Assembly: GCA_028707125.1 (NCBI GenBank)
Contig: JAQTUX010000001.1
Coordinates: 977,493-1,041,492 of the forward strand
DNA length: 64,000 nt
Direction: 5' to 3'
From: Candidatus Omnitrophota bacterium
Lineage (GTDB): Bacteria; Omnitrophota; Gorgyraeia; Gygaellales; JAQTUX01
Part shown: piece after piece, positions 9,096-20,094 of the stretch
Position numbering within the stretch: position 1 is the first letter of the stretch
Layout of the letters: each line of letters begins with the position of its first letter
The notes under the pieces: model-generated
Database searches by the model: none
Told to the model about the DNA's origin: nothing
Seen by the model: the letters and a program-made list of their open reading frames with translations, nothing else
Made by a program: the position numbers and the translations under genes

Positions 9096-9928
9096 GATTA
9101 TTCAGGAAAGTAGCGATAGTAGGGGTTGGCTTGATCGGCGGCTCAATAGGCCTTGAAATAAAAAAGAGGTCTTTGGCAGGAGAGGTCATTGGCATGGCGC
9201 GCCATAGGCGCACCCTCAGCATCGCCAGGAAAAGAGGCGCTATTGACAGGGGCGTATCCGGCCTTGAAGAAATTAAGGACGCCGACCTTGTTATTCTCGC
9301 CGCGCCTGTCGGCACTATCATAAATATGGCCCCGCGATTATCCAAGGTCTTGAAGCGGGGTTGTATCGTAAGCGACGTGGGCAGCACCAAGGCATCCATC
9401 GTAGAGAAGATGGAACGGCTCCTGCCGCGGGGCATTGATTTTGTGGGAGCGCATCCTCTGGCGGGAATGGAGAAGCGGGGAATATCCAACGCGCGGCTGG
9501 GGCTTTTTAAGGGCTCTATATGCGTTTTATGCCGGGCAAAGAATACAAGACAAGGGTCGGTTTTGAAAATAGGCAGGTTATGGCGCCTTTTGGGAAGCAG
9601 GGTTTGGGTCACATCGCCGAAAAACCACGACAGGACTCTCGCGTTTGCCAGCCATCTGCCCCATATAGCGGCCTTTAGTCTGGTTAACGCGGTACCTGCC
9701 GCCTGCCTGAGATTTTCCTCCGGCGGATTCAAGGATACCACGCGCATAGCCTTATCTGACGAGGAGATCTGGAAAGACATCTTTATCAGCAATAAGAAAT
9801 ATGTTACGGAATCCATTGAGTCGTATCAGGAAAAGATCGCGCAATTCAAGTCGGCTCTGCGTTCCAGCGATAGATCGCGCTTATCGCGCCTCATAAAGCA
9901 GGCCAGGAGTAAGAGAAGTTTAATATAA
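9092..9928 (+). CDS. tyrA: Prephenate/arogenate dehydrogenase
   Basis: [19 protein letters not shown]... Rossmann N-terminus and GAHPLAG motif. Confidence 0.85.
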   Translation: MRLFRKVAIVGVGLIGGSIGLEIKKRSLAGEVIGMARHRRTLSIARKRGAIDRGVSGLEEIKDADLVILAAPVGTIINMAPRLSKVLKRGCIVSDVGSTKASIVEKMERLLPRGIDFVGAHPLAGMEKRGISNARLGLFKGSICVLCRAKNTRQGSVLKIGRLWRLLGSRVWVTSPKNHDRTLAFASHLPHIAAFSLVNAVPAACLRFSSGGFKDTTRIALSDEEIWKDIFISNKKYVTESIESYQEKIAQFKSALRSSDRSRLSRLIKQARSKRSLI

Positions 9929-9932
9929 ACAT

Positions 9933-10050
9933 TAATTACCAATTCACCAATGACCAAATCCCAATAAATGTCCAATTATCCAATTCCCAATTTTTCTCAT
10001 TGGACATTGGTAATTGGTAATTTATTTGTCATTGGTAATTGGTCATTGGA
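9933..10050. repeat. Imperfect ~118-bp palindrome made of 7 CCAAT-containing units followed by 7 ATTGG-containing units
   Basis: Left arm ..taCCAATtcaCCAATgaCCAAAtcCCAATaaatgtCCAATtatCCAATtcCCAAT, a tttttct centre, then the right arm cATTGGacATTGGtaATTGGtaatttatttgtcATTGGtaATTGGtcATTGG. Lies in the tyrA-cmk gap. Confidence 0.8.
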
Positions 10051-10067
10051 AATTTAATTTACTAGGT

Positions 10068-10724
10068 ATGATAATCGCCATAGACGGACCGGCGGGGGCA
10101 GGCAAGAGTACCGTCGCCAAAAAATTAGCCCAGAGATTGGGCTTTATTTATATTGATACCGGAGCGATGTACCGAGCAGTCACTCTGAAGCTGCTGGAGG
10201 GCCGCGTAGACATAAAAGACGAGAAGGCGGTTGTTGAGGCGGCAAGGAGCTGCAAGATCGGACTGAAGAATCCGCCCGGAGGCGGCCTCCAGGTATTTCT
10301 TGATTCAGCGGATGTTTCTCAGCAGATAAGGCAGCCGCGCATAACGGAATTCGTCTCCGATGTGGCCAGGATAAAAGAGGTAAGGTCTGTAATGCTGGGT
10401 TTGCAAAGGAAGGCGGGCGAGGGCAAAGACGCTGTTATTGACGGCAGGGATATCGGGACCGTGGTCTTTCCCGGCGCCGAGAAGAAATTTTATATTGACG
10501 CGGATTTTCAGGAGAGGGTAGAGCGGCGTTTCAAAGAGCTGGCGGCGGCAGGGCAGGATGTGAGCCGCGGCAGCGTGGAGAAAGATCTGCGTAACAGAGA
10601 TAGTATAGATTCAAACCGCGAGGTAGCGCCGTTGAAAAAGGCCGATGACGCGGTTCGTATTGACACGACGAATATGACGATAGAGGAAGTCGTCAATACT
10701 CTATTTAACCAAGTTTTAGCGTAA
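10068..10724 (+). CDS. cmk: Cytidylate kinase
   Basis: MIIAIDGPAGAGKSTVAKKLAQRLGFIYIDTGAMYRA is the canonical Cmk start. The listed ORF start at 10014 falls inside the palindrome, so ATG 10068 is preferred. Confidence 0.85.
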   Translation: MIIAIDGPAGAGKSTVAKKLAQRLGFIYIDTGAMYRAVTLKLLEGRVDIKDEKAVVEAARSCKIGLKNPPGGGLQVFLDSADVSQQIRQPRITEFVSDVARIKEVRSVMLGLQRKAGEGKDAVIDGRDIGTVVFPGAEKKFYIDADFQERVERRFKELAAAGQDVSRGSVEKDLRNRDSIDSNREVAPLKKADDAVRIDTTNMTIEEVVNTLFNQVLA

Positions 10725-10834
10725 AACGTAAAGCGAAAAGCGCAAAACTAAAGTGTAAAACTTAAAACTATATAACAAAAACTTTAAACTTTACGTTTTG
10801 GTTTTACGCTTTGCGCTTTACACTTTTCACTTTC
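10718..10834. repeat. Family-A intergenic palindromic repeat, copy 1 (cmk-lepA gap)
   Basis: agcgtaaaacgtaaagcgaaaagcgcaaaactaaagtgtaaaacttaaaacta...aaaactttaaactttacgttttggttttacgctttgcgctttacacttttc; over 95% identical to the copies at 38421 and 58383. The left end contains the cmk stop codon. Confidence 0.85.
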
Positions 10835-10837
10835 ATT

Positions 10838-12634
10838 ATGGATAAATCACTTATTCGCAACTTCAGCATAATTGCCCACATTGACCACGGTAAATCAACG
10901 CTTGCCGACAGGATCCTTGAGTTTACCGGAGCCGTGGACATGGGGCATACCAACGACCAGCTGTTGGACGATATGGACCTGGAGCGTGAGCGCGGTATCA
11001 CCATTAAGGCGTCTATGGTGAGGATAGATTACCATTCAAAGGGCGGCAGCGATTTTATATTGAATCTTATAGATACGCCCGGGCACGTTGATTTCAGCTA
11101 TGAGGTCTCAAAGTCGCTTGCCGCCTGCGAGGGCACGCTGCTTGTGGTGGATGCCACCCAGGGCATAGAGGCGCAGACAGTGGCGAATTATCTCCTGGCG
11201 AAGGAGAACCGCCTTAAGATAATACCCGTGGTCAACAAGATAGACCTGGGCAGCGCGGATATAGAGCGCACCTGCCTTCAGTTGATGGAGATGTTCCATT
11301 TCAACGAGGAAGAAATAATCCTCGCCTCCGCGAAGACCGGTGAAGGGATAGAAGAGATACTGGAAAGGGTGATCGGTTATTTTCCCGCCCCAAAAGGGAA
11401 TGAGAACGCGCCCCTCAAGGCGCTGGTGTTTGATTCGCGTTACGATACATTCAGGGGCGTCTACGTTTACGTCAAGGTGATAGACGGCAGGATCACGCCG
11501 GACCTTTCCCTGCGGTTGATGCAATCCAATAAGGTATATAAAGTTGAAGAGTTGGGGGTCTTCTATAATCTTAAGTTCGTAAAAGTAGATTCACTTGGCT
11601 GCGGCGAGGTCGGGTATATCCTGGCAAACATCCGCGACCCCGCCGAAATAGTCATAGGCGATACGCTTACCAACGAGGCCCAGCCGGCTGATTCCGTTCT
11701 ACCCGGTTACAAGAAAATGAACCCGCTTGTTTTTTGCGGCATATATCCGGTGAATGCCGGCGACTTTAACGGGCTGCGCGATGCCATAGATAAACTGAAG
11801 CTTTCCGACGCTTCCTTTATTTTTGAACCCGAGTATTCGGCTTCTTTCGGCCACGGCTTCCGCTGCGGATTTCTGGGGCTGCTGCATATGGAGATAGTCC
11901 ACGAGCGCCTGCAGAGGGAATATGACCTGAATTTAATACTCACCCTCCCCAATGTTGTCTACAAGGTGATAAACCGCAAAGGAGAGACAAAAGATGTTGA
12001 CTGCCCGCAGGAGCTGCCTGCCCCTCCCGATATACAGGAGGTCAAGGAACCGTTCGTGTCAATGATGTTCATAGTCCCGGTTGAGTCAATAGACCCTGTA
12101 TGCGAGATCGCCAAATCGCGAAGAGGTGTATATAAATCCACGGAGTTCATAGGGCAGGACAGGGTAAAGCTGATATTTGAAATGCCTTTATCCGAGATAA
12201 TCGTTGACTTTTATGATAAAATAAAGTCCATGACCAAGGGGTATGGCTCCATAGATTATGAATTTACGGATTACCGCCCCACTGAGATCGTGCGGCTTGA
12301 TATCCTGCTTAACGGCGTGATCTGCGACGCGTTTTCTTCTCTGACCCACAAAAGCAAGGCGCAGTCAAAGGGCAGGGGGATCGTTGAAAAACTTAAGGAG
12401 TTGATACCGCGCCAGCTCTTTGAGATCAGCGTCCAGGCGGCGGTGGGCTCTCAGGTGCTGGCGGCCGAGAAGATAAGGTCTGTGGGTAAACACGTGACCG
12501 CGAAGTGCTATGGCGGCGATATCACAAGAAAAAGGAAGCTTTGGGAAAAACAGAAAATGGGCAAGAAGAGGATGAAACAATTCGGCAAGGTAGAGATACC
12601 GCAGGAGGCCTTTTTGGAGGTATTAAAGATATGA
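10838..12634 (+). CDS. lepA: Elongation factor 4 (LepA)
   Basis: MDKSLIRNFSIIAHIDHGKSTLADRILE...; G domain, EF-G-like domains and the LepA C-terminus. ATG 10838 is preferred over the upstream in-repeat start. Confidence 0.9.
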   Translation: MDKSLIRNFSIIAHIDHGKSTLADRILEFTGAVDMGHTNDQLLDDMDLERERGITIKASMVRIDYHSKGGSDFILNLIDTPGHVDFSYEVSKSLAACEGTLLVVDATQGIEAQTVANYLLAKENRLKIIPVVNKIDLGSADIERTCLQLMEMFHFNEEEIILASAKTGEGIEEILERVIGYFPAPKGNENAPLKALVFDSRYDTFRGVYVYVKVIDGRITPDLSLRLMQSNKVYKVEELGVFYNLKFVKVDSLGCGEVGYILANIRDPAEIVIGDTLTNEAQPADSVLPGYKKMNPLVFCGIYPVNAGDFNGLRDAIDKLKLSDASFIFEPEYSASFGHGFRCGFLGLLHMEIVHERLQREYDLNLILTLPNVVYKVINRKGETKDVDCPQELPAPPDIQEVKEPFVSMMFIVPVESIDPVCEIAKSRRGVYKSTEFIGQDRVKLIFEMPLSEIIVDFYDKIKSMTKGYGSIDYEFTDYRPTEIVRLDILLNGVICDAFSSLTHKSKAQSKGRGIVEKLKELIPRQLFEISVQAAVGSQVLAAEKIRSVGKHVTAKCYGGDITRKRKLWEKQKMGKKRMKQFGKVEIPQEAFLEVLKI

Positions 12635-13206
12635 AAAACAGGGCCTGGCCTGTAATAAAAGAGTGGCTTGAGGCGCTGGTGGTAGCGGCAGCGATCGCTT
12701 TTCTTATCAGCACATTCATAGTTCAATTGTTCAAGATACCCACCGGCTCTATGACTCCGACGCTGCAGGCGGGCGACAGGATAGTAGTGAATAAATTCAT
12801 ATACGGGGCGAAACTCCCTTTTGTTTTTAAGAATATCCCCGCGTTGAGGCCGCCCAAGAGAGGCGACATCATGGTGTTTATTTTCCCCGGGGCGGATAAG
12901 AAGGACTATATAAAGCGCGTTATTGCCCTGCCGGGAGAGTCCGTAGAAATAAAGGGCGGTATGGTATATATAAACGGCCGGCCGCTCAAGGATGAGCCGT
13001 TTAACAGAGTGTATTATTATAGCAAAGGAGATTTTTCCAGGGAAGGGCATAAACTTGTGGTGCCGGAGAATTCTTTTTTTGTATTGGGCGATAACAGCGC
13101 CATCTCTTTTGATTCCAGATGGTGGGGGTGCGTGGACAGGAAGTATGTATTAGGCAAGGCCATAGCAATATTCTGGCCGCCGTTCAGGATAAGGATACTC
13201 AAGTGA
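12631..13206 (+). CDS. lepB: Signal peptidase I
   Basis: MKNRAWPVIKEW...TGSMTPTL..GDRIVVNK...GDNSAISFDSRWWG carries the S26 catalytic Ser/Lys motifs. ATGA overlap with the lepA stop. Confidence 0.85.
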   Translation: MKNRAWPVIKEWLEALVVAAAIAFLISTFIVQLFKIPTGSMTPTLQAGDRIVVNKFIYGAKLPFVFKNIPALRPPKRGDIMVFIFPGADKKDYIKRVIALPGESVEIKGGMVYINGRPLKDEPFNRVYYYSKGDFSREGHKLVVPENSFFVLGDNSAISFDSRWWGCVDRKYVLGKAIAIFWPPFRIRILK

Positions 13207-13766
13207 ATATCGCCAATAAGATATCTTTATTCAGGGTATTGAGCGTACCTTTCTTTATCGCCTGCCTGATCTACTATGTCCCTGAAAAGGATTACCTCAG
13301 GTTCTTCGCGCTGGGCATATTTTTCCTCGCCGTTATTTCCGACGCCATTGACGGATACATAGCCAGGAAGGCAAAATTAAAGACAAAGGCCGGCGCTATA
13401 CTTGACCCGCTTGCCGACAAATTGCTTCTTTTGAGCGCGTTTATCTGCCTGTATCTGATTAGGGGTTTCCCCGGGGGCATAAGCTTGCCGGTATGGGTCA
13501 CGCTGATGGTCGTCAGCCGCGATTGCATCATACTTTTAGGGGCGGTGGTGATTTACGTTGTAAAACAGTCCATTGAGATCGTGCCTACAAAATGGGGGAA
13601 GATCACCACCATTTTTCAGATGCTTACCGTTATGGTCGTATTATTGCAATGGAGATACTCTTTTTCTGTATGGTATATCGCTTCCGTATTTACATTGATC
13701 TCCGGGTTTGACTACGTGAGAAGAGGTTTCAAGATATTGTATCCGCCTTCGCCCGTCAATGAGTAA
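13203..13766 (+). CDS. pgsA: CDP-diacylglycerol--glycerol-3-phosphate 3-phosphatidyltransferase (CDP-alcohol phosphatidyltransferase family)
   Basis: NIANKISLFRVL...DAIDGYIARK...LDPLADKLL is the CDP-OH transferase motif D-G-x2-A-R-x8-G-x3-D-x3-D. The start is assigned to the GTG at 13203, overlapping the lepB stop. Confidence 0.75.
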   Translation: MNIANKISLFRVLSVPFFIACLIYYVPEKDYLRFFALGIFFLAVISDAIDGYIARKAKLKTKAGAILDPLADKLLLLSAFICLYLIRGFPGGISLPVWVTLMVVSRDCIILLGAVVIYVVKQSIEIVPTKWGKITTIFQMLTVMVVLLQWRYSFSVWYIASVFTLISGFDYVRRGFKILYPPSPVNE

Positions 13767-14391
13767 AGTATTCCTCGCGGTAATTATCAGTTATCTTATC
13801 GGTTCCATCCCTACCGCTTATATATTCGGCCGTCTGGTCAAAGGCGTAGATATACGCGAATACGGCTCAGGCAATGTGGGCGCCACAAACGCCTTCCGGG
13901 TCCTGGGGAAGCTGCCGGGAGCCATAGTCCTGCTTCTAGATATCTTCAAGGGGTTGTTTGTCGTTGTTTTCCTGGCGGGATATCTTATGCCTTCCGCGGA
14001 TATTTTAAGCGCGAATACGTTCAGGATCGTCACGGGCATCTGCGCTATCAGCGGGCATAACTGGACGATATTCTTGAATTTCAAGGGAGGCAAGGGTGTC
14101 GCGGCCAGCCTTGGTGTTTTGATCGGCATATGCGTAATGAACCCTTCTCTTTGGATAGTTATCGGCTTATCGTTACTAGTATGGCTGACAGTTTTTCTCC
14201 TATCGCGCATAATCTCACTTTCTTCAATAGCCGCCTCCGCGGCGCTTCCTGTATTTACCGCGCTTTTCAAATCGTCCCCGGAACTGCTTATTCTCTCTCT
14301 GTTGTTGTGCGCGCTTTCCCTTTGGCGCCACAAAGCCAATATCAAACGCCTGATTGAAGGCAGCGAGCCCCGCCTGAAAACGCTTTCATAA
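13759..14391 (+). CDS. plsY: Glycerol-3-phosphate acyltransferase PlsY (acyl-phosphate dependent)
   Basis: LIGSIPTAYIFGRL..DIREYGSGNVGATNAFRVLG is the PlsY signature. Confidence 0.85.
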   Translation: MSKVFLAVIISYLIGSIPTAYIFGRLVKGVDIREYGSGNVGATNAFRVLGKLPGAIVLLLDIFKGLFVVVFLAGYLMPSADILSANTFRIVTGICAISGHNWTIFLNFKGGKGVAASLGVLIGICVMNPSLWIVIGLSLLVWLTVFLLSRIISLSSIAASAALPVFTALFKSSPELLILSLLLCALSLWRHKANIKRLIEGSEPRLKTLS

Positions 14392-14524
14392 TCCACCTGA
14401 TATACCCTTGTTTTGCCTCTATATATAGGTATACTTTTAATAGAGATATCTATATATCCCCACCAGCCATAAAGGAGGTTTGACCCTTATGTCCGGGATC
14501 CGGCATAAGGGGATAGGGGATAAC

Positions 14525-14574
14525 GGCCGGGTTACCGCAAATTGCGACTATGCGGTGAGCCCGGCCTTTTTTTT
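14525..14574 (+). terminator. Rho-independent terminator downstream of plsY
   Basis: GGCCGGGTTACCGC...GCGGTGAGCCCGGCC imperfect stem followed by TTTTTTTT. Confidence 0.6.
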
Positions 14575-14585
14575 GAAAAAAATAC

Positions 14586-14612
14586 TTGACAAAATCCCGC
14601 TGATAAATATAA
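14586..14612 (+). promoter_or_regulatory. groESL promoter (sigma-70 type)
   Basis: TTGACA (14586-14591) followed by TGATAAATATAAT containing TATAAT (14607-12), upstream of the CIRCE element. Confidence 0.5.
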
Positions 14613-14660
14613 TAAGGACTTCAAGAGGAACAGAGGTTTCTCTTTTTTTAGGCCGTATAG

Positions 14661-14687
14661 TTAGCACTCGTAACTTTTGACTGCTAA
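14661..14687 (+). promoter_or_regulatory. CIRCE element (HrcA operator) for groESL
   Basis: TTAGCACTC-gtaactttt-GACTGCTAA against the consensus TTAGCACTC-N9-GAGTGCTAA (one mismatch), 38 nt before groES. Confidence 0.85.
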
Positions 14688-14724
14688 AATATCCTAAACA
14701 AAATCAACATAATAGGAGGTGTAC

Positions 14725-15015
14725 ATGAACATACAACCATTGGGCGACAGGGTTGTAATCAAGCCACTTGAGGCAGAGGAAAAGACCAAGGGCGGCATAG
14801 TCCTTCCTGATACCGCGAAGGAAAAACCGCAAGAGGGCAAGGTAGTCGCGGTAGGAAAAGGCAAGGTGCTTGACAGCGGCTCAACTCAGGCGCCTGAAGT
14901 AAAAGTCGGCGATAAGGTGCTCTACGGGAAATATTCCGGCACAGAGGTGACTACGAAAGACGGCGACGAACTGCTTATAATGAAGGAAGAGGATATATTG
15001 GCGATTCTCAAATAG
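14725..15015 (+). CDS. groES: Co-chaperonin GroES
   Basis: [44 protein letters not shown]; RBS AGGAGG 6 nt upstream. Confidence 0.9.
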   Translation: MNIQPLGDRVVIKPLEAEEKTKGGIVLPDTAKEKPQEGKVVAVGKGKVLDSGSTQAPEVKVGDKVLYGKYSGTEVTTKDGDELLIMKEEDILAILK

Positions 15016-15026
15016 GTACAATTTAA

Positions 15027-16688
<1,662 letters not shown>

Positions 16689-16718
16689 TCCCTGATCAGT
16701 AAAATCGCAGATCAAAAA

Positions 16719-16750
16719 GGGCAGGATTAACCTCCTGCCCTTTTTATTTT
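16719..16750 (+). terminator. Rho-independent terminator after groEL
   Basis: GGGCAGGA ttaacc TCCTGCCC followed by TTTTTATTTT. Confidence 0.75.
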
Positions 16751-16817
16751 TGATCACGAGGGGAGGGGTCCTGTATTATCAGGCAGCAGGGCCCTGCTGC
16801 CTCGCTACGAGATGCTA

Positions 16818-16895
16818 CCCCACACTTACGTGTGGGGAATGGCAATCCTGAGCATCTTCGGATAGCCAGATGATTCTACACACGTAAGTGTGTAG
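16818..16895 (+). repeat. Family-C double-hairpin element, copy 1 (upstream of gatC)
   Basis: CCCCACAC-ttac-GTGTGGGG aatggcaatc...gatt CTACACAC-gtaa-GTGTGTAG agga. Conserved with the copies at 42846-42914 and 46472-46491. Confidence 0.8.
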
Positions 16896-16944
16896 AGGAA
16901 AAATCATTTACTTTTCGGTGGGTGGAGGATATAATTATAGAACC

Positions 16945-17232
16945 ATGATCGATAAGAAGACAGTAGAATATGTTGCCAATTTGGCGCGGATGGAATTGGA
17001 CGCGAAGGAGTTGGATATGCTCGCCAGGCAGCTTGAGGATATCCTGCGCTTTATAGACAAGTTAAAAAAAGTGGATGTAAGCGAAGTCAAACCCTCCAGC
17101 CATATTCTTCCTTTAGCCAACGTTTTTAGAGAGGATACAGTTAAGGAATCCCTCCCTCAGGAAGAGGCGCTCAAAAACACCGTGTTTAAGAAGGGCGGCC
17201 TGTTCGTAGTGCCCAGGATCATTGAGGAGTAA
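16945..17232 (+). CDS. gatC: Asp/Glu-tRNA(Asn/Gln) amidotransferase subunit C
   Basis: MIDKKTVEYVANLARMELDAKELDMLARQLEDIL is typical GatC (95 aa). The upstream extension to 16888 lies within the hairpin element. Confidence 0.8.
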   Translation: MIDKKTVEYVANLARMELDAKELDMLARQLEDILRFIDKLKKVDVSEVKPSSHILPLANVFREDTVKESLPQEEALKNTVFKKGGLFVVPRIIEE

Positions 17233-18671
17233 TGGAACTAAATCGCCTGACGATTCACGAACTCCTGGATAACAAAGAGATTGCCGCGCCTGATATCTTT
17301 GATTCTCTGGCCAGGAGGATAAAGGATGTAGAAGGTAAGGTTAAGGCGTTTGTAAGGGTTGACAGAACAGAGTCCGGCCAGCCGCGGCAAAATCCGCAAG
17401 CCGAGACCCTGTTAAAAGGCATACCGATAGTCATAAAGGATAACATCTGTGTTAAGGGCTCTCTCACAGAATGCTGCTCAAAGATATTGCAAGGATTCTC
17501 TCCGCCTTACGATGCTACAGTCATAACCAAATTGCGCGCGGCAGGGGCCGCGATCTACGGCTTGAGGGCCAATATGGATGAGTTTGCTTTTGGGTCATCC
17601 ACTGAGAATTCTTGTTTCGGCGCCTCGCGCAACCCGCATGACCCGTCCCGAGTTCCGGGCGGCTCATCAGGCGGTTCTGCCGCCTGCGTTGCCGCTGATG
17701 AAGCGATAGCCGCTTTGGGCTCTGACACAGGCGGCTCAATAAGACAGCCGGCTTCTTTTTGCGGGGTGGTGGGGCTTAAGCCGTCTTACGGCAGGGTATC
17801 CAGGTACGGATTGATCGCCTTTGCCTCAAGTTTAGACCAGATCGGCCCGATCACCAAGGATGTGCGCGACGCCGCCATACTGCTTAGCGTGATCGCCGGC
17901 TATGATGAAATGGATTCTACCAGCCAGAGGATCCCCGTGGCGGATTATACCAAGGCGTTGACAGGCGACATAAAGGGCCTTAAGATCGGCGTGCCTAAGG
18001 AGTATTTTGTTGAAGGTGTTGATAAAGAGGTCAAGGACGCGGCGCGGGAAGCGATAGAGGTCTTTAAAAAAAAGGGGGCTGTTGTCAGGGATATCTCGCT
18101 TAAATATACAGAGTACGCGGTGCCTACCTATTATATAATCGCCACTGCCGAGGCAAGCTCAAATCTGGCGAGATTTGACGCGGTGCAATACGGATACAGG
18201 CCAAAGCTTCCGGCTAAGGCGTCGCTTATAGAGATGTATAAGAAGGCGCGCGGTGAAGGTTTTGGCCAGGAGGCCAAGCGAAGGATAATACTCGGCACAT
18301 ACGTACTTTCTCATGGTTATTATGACGCGTATTATCTGCGGGCTCAGAAGGTGAGGACGTTGATAAAAGGCGATTTTGACCGGGCGCTTAATGAGGTTGA
18401 CTGCGTTATCACGCCTACATCTCCTTCCTGCGCGTTCAGGATCGGCGAGAAACTTGAAGACCCTCTTTCTATGTACCTGTCGGACATCTATACGATCTCC
18501 GCTAATCTCGCGGGTATTCCGGCCATATCCATACCCGCGGGAATGAGTAAAAGCGGCCTGCCCATAGGTATCCAGATATTGGGAAAGGCCTTTGATGAAG
18601 CGACGGTTCTAAGGGCCGCGCATAGTTTTGAACAGAACACCGAGTGGCATAAGATAAAGCCCAATCTTTAA
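17232..18671 (+). CDS. gatA: Glu-tRNA(Gln) amidotransferase subunit A
   Basis: Amidase signature GGSSGGSAACVAA and Ser-cisSer-Lys triad region. Confidence 0.9.
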   Translation: MELNRLTIHELLDNKEIAAPDIFDSLARRIKDVEGKVKAFVRVDRTESGQPRQNPQAETLLKGIPIVIKDNICVKGSLTECCSKILQGFSPPYDATVITKLRAAGAAIYGLRANMDEFAFGSSTENSCFGASRNPHDPSRVPGGSSGGSAACVAADEAIAALGSDTGGSIRQPASFCGVVGLKPSYGRVSRYGLIAFASSLDQIGPITKDVRDAAILLSVIAGYDEMDSTSQRIPVADYTKALTGDIKGLKIGVPKEYFVEGVDKEVKDAAREAIEVFKKKGAVVRDISLKYTEYAVPTYYIIATAEASSNLARFDAVQYGYRPKLPAKASLIEMYKKARGEGFGQEAKRRIILGTYVLSHGYYDAYYLRAQKVRTLIKGDFDRALNEVDCVITPTSPSCAFRIGEKLEDPLSMYLSDIYTISANLAGIPAISIPAGMSKSGLPIGIQILGKAFDEATVLRAAHSFEQNTEWHKIKPNL

Positions 18672-18672
18672 G

Positions 18673-20094
18673 ATGGAATACGAAACAGTCATAGGATTAG
18701 AAGTCCACGCGCAGCTAAAGACAAACACCAAGGCGTTCTGCGGCTGCAGGAATGAATTTGGTTTAGAGCCGAATTCTTCCGTGTGCCCTGTGTGCCTGGG
18801 GTTTCCCGGTTCGCTGCCGGTATTGAATAAGCGGGCTTTTGAGCTGGCCATTAAGACCGCGCTTGCCCTGGGCTGCCGGATACAGCCGCTTACAAAATTT
18901 GACAGGAAGAATTATTTTTATCCGGACCTGCCCAAGAATTTCCAGATATCTCAATACGACATGCCGCTTTCGCTGAATGGCTTCCTGCAGATAGAGGAAG
19001 AAGGATATAAGAAGAGGATCGGGATAAAACGCATACACCTGGAAGAGGACGCGGGCAAGCTTATGCACGAGGAAAACAACAGTTTAGTTGATTTTAACCG
19101 CGCGGGCACTCCCCTGATGGAGATCGTGAGCGAGCCGGATATGAGCTCGCCGCAGGAGGCATACGACTATCTGACCGCGCTCAAGCTTATATTGCAATAC
19201 CTGGAAGTGTCTGAGTGCAGCATGGAGAAAGGCACGTTGAGGTGCGACGCCAACATATCTTTACGCGAAAAAGGGGCTAAGGCGTTAGGGGTAAAAGCGG
19301 AATTAAAAAACCTCAACTCATTCAAGGCGGTCAAGGCCGCGCTGGAGTACGAAGAGATACGCCAGAGGGCTGCCCTTGAGGCAGGCGGGAAGATAATCCA
19401 GGAGACGCGCCTTTGGAATGACGCCTCTCTCAAGACGGTGCCGATGCGCAGCAAAGAGGAGGCGCAGGATTACAGGTATTTTCCCGAACCTGATCTGATC
19501 AGTTTTACGATCGGAGAAAAAGAGGTAGAGGGCATAAGGAAAACCATCCCGGAACTGCCGCTCAAGAGGAGGCAGAGATTCAGCGATGATTATGGCTTAA
19601 GCCGCTACGACGCGGGGGTGCTTATATCGGACAGGTTATTGGCGGATTATTTTGAGGGCTGCCTCAAGATAAGGAATGCCCCCAAGCCGATAGCGAACTG
19701 GCTCAACGGCCCGGTCATGTCCTTTATGAACGAGCGCGGCGCCTCTATCGCGGAACTGGGGATAAGGCAGGGCGATCTTATAGACCTGATCGCCCTGGTT
19801 GAAGACGGCACGATAAATAACCTGACCGCCAAGGATGTGCTCAGGGAAATGTTGCAGACAAAAAGCAGCCCCCGTGATATAATAAAACAGAAAGACCTGG
19901 CGCAGATCTCCGACAGCGGCGAATTGTCCGGCCTGATCGAAGAGGCGGTCAGAGAAAACGAGAAGACCGTAGCCGATTATAAGGCGGGGAAGGTATCGGC
20001 GCTTATGTTCCTTGTGGGACAGGTCATGCGCAAAAGCAAAGGCAAGGCCAACCCCAATCTATTGCAGGATATGATCAAAAGGAGATTGTCTTGA
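18673..20094 (+). CDS. gatB: Asp/Glu-tRNA(Asn/Gln) amidotransferase subunit B
   Basis: MEYETVIGLEVHAQLKTNTKAFCGC... is the GatB N-terminus, with a C-terminal YqeY-like domain. Confidence 0.9.
   Translation: MEYETVIGLEVHAQLKTNTKAFCGCRNEFGLEPNSSVCPVCLGFPGSLPVLNKRAFELAIKTALALGCRIQPLTKFDRKNYFYPDLPKNFQISQYDMPLSLNGFLQIEEEGYKKRIGIKRIHLEEDAGKLMHEENNSLVDFNRAGTPLMEIVSEPDMSSPQEAYDYLTALKLILQYLEVSECSMEKGTLRCDANISLREKGAKALGVKAELKNLNSFKAVKAALEYEEIRQRAALEAGGKIIQETRLWNDASLKTVPMRSKEEAQDYRYFPEPDLISFTIGEKEVEGIRKTIPELPLKRRQRFSDDYGLSRYDAGVLISDRLLADYFEGCLKIRNAPKPIANWLNGPVMSFMNERGASIAELGIRQGDLIDLIALVEDGTINNLTAKDVLREMLQTKSSPRDIIKQKDLAQISDSGELSGLIEEAVRENEKTVADYKAGKVSALMFLVGQVMRKSKGKANPNLLQDMIKRRLS

Noticed and set aside
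9046-9816. 256-aa minus-strand ORF antisense to tyrA, and similar long minus-strand ORFs (41094..41795, 48642..49430, 1357..1914, 30579..31070, 34499..35089)
   Set aside because: Each is the antisense frame of a well-supported plus-strand gene. They have low-complexity Ser/Arg/Pro-rich translations and no RBS. This is typical of ~50% GC coding DNA.
9961-9975. Possible DnaA boxes in the CCAAT palindrome (ttatccaat)
   Set aside because: It does not match the TTATNCACA consensus, there is no AT-rich DUE or dnaA nearby, and it lies in a gene-dense region.
10014-10067. Upstream extension of cmk (MVIYLSLVIGHWKFNLLG)
   Set aside because: It is encoded by the ATTGG arm of the palindrome. Cmk homologues begin at MIIAIDGPAGAGKST.
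14480-14680. 66-aa ORF (ATG at 14490) with a strong AAGGAGG RBS between plsY and groES
   Set aside because: It reads straight through a rho-independent terminator, the groESL -35/-10 and into the CIRCE operator. It is most likely fortuitous, though a short leader peptide cannot be fully excluded.
16888-16944. Upstream extension of gatC (MCRGKIIYFSVGGGYNYRT)
   Set aside because: It starts inside the second family-C hairpin with a non-ATG codon. GatC is ~95 aa from ATG 16945.
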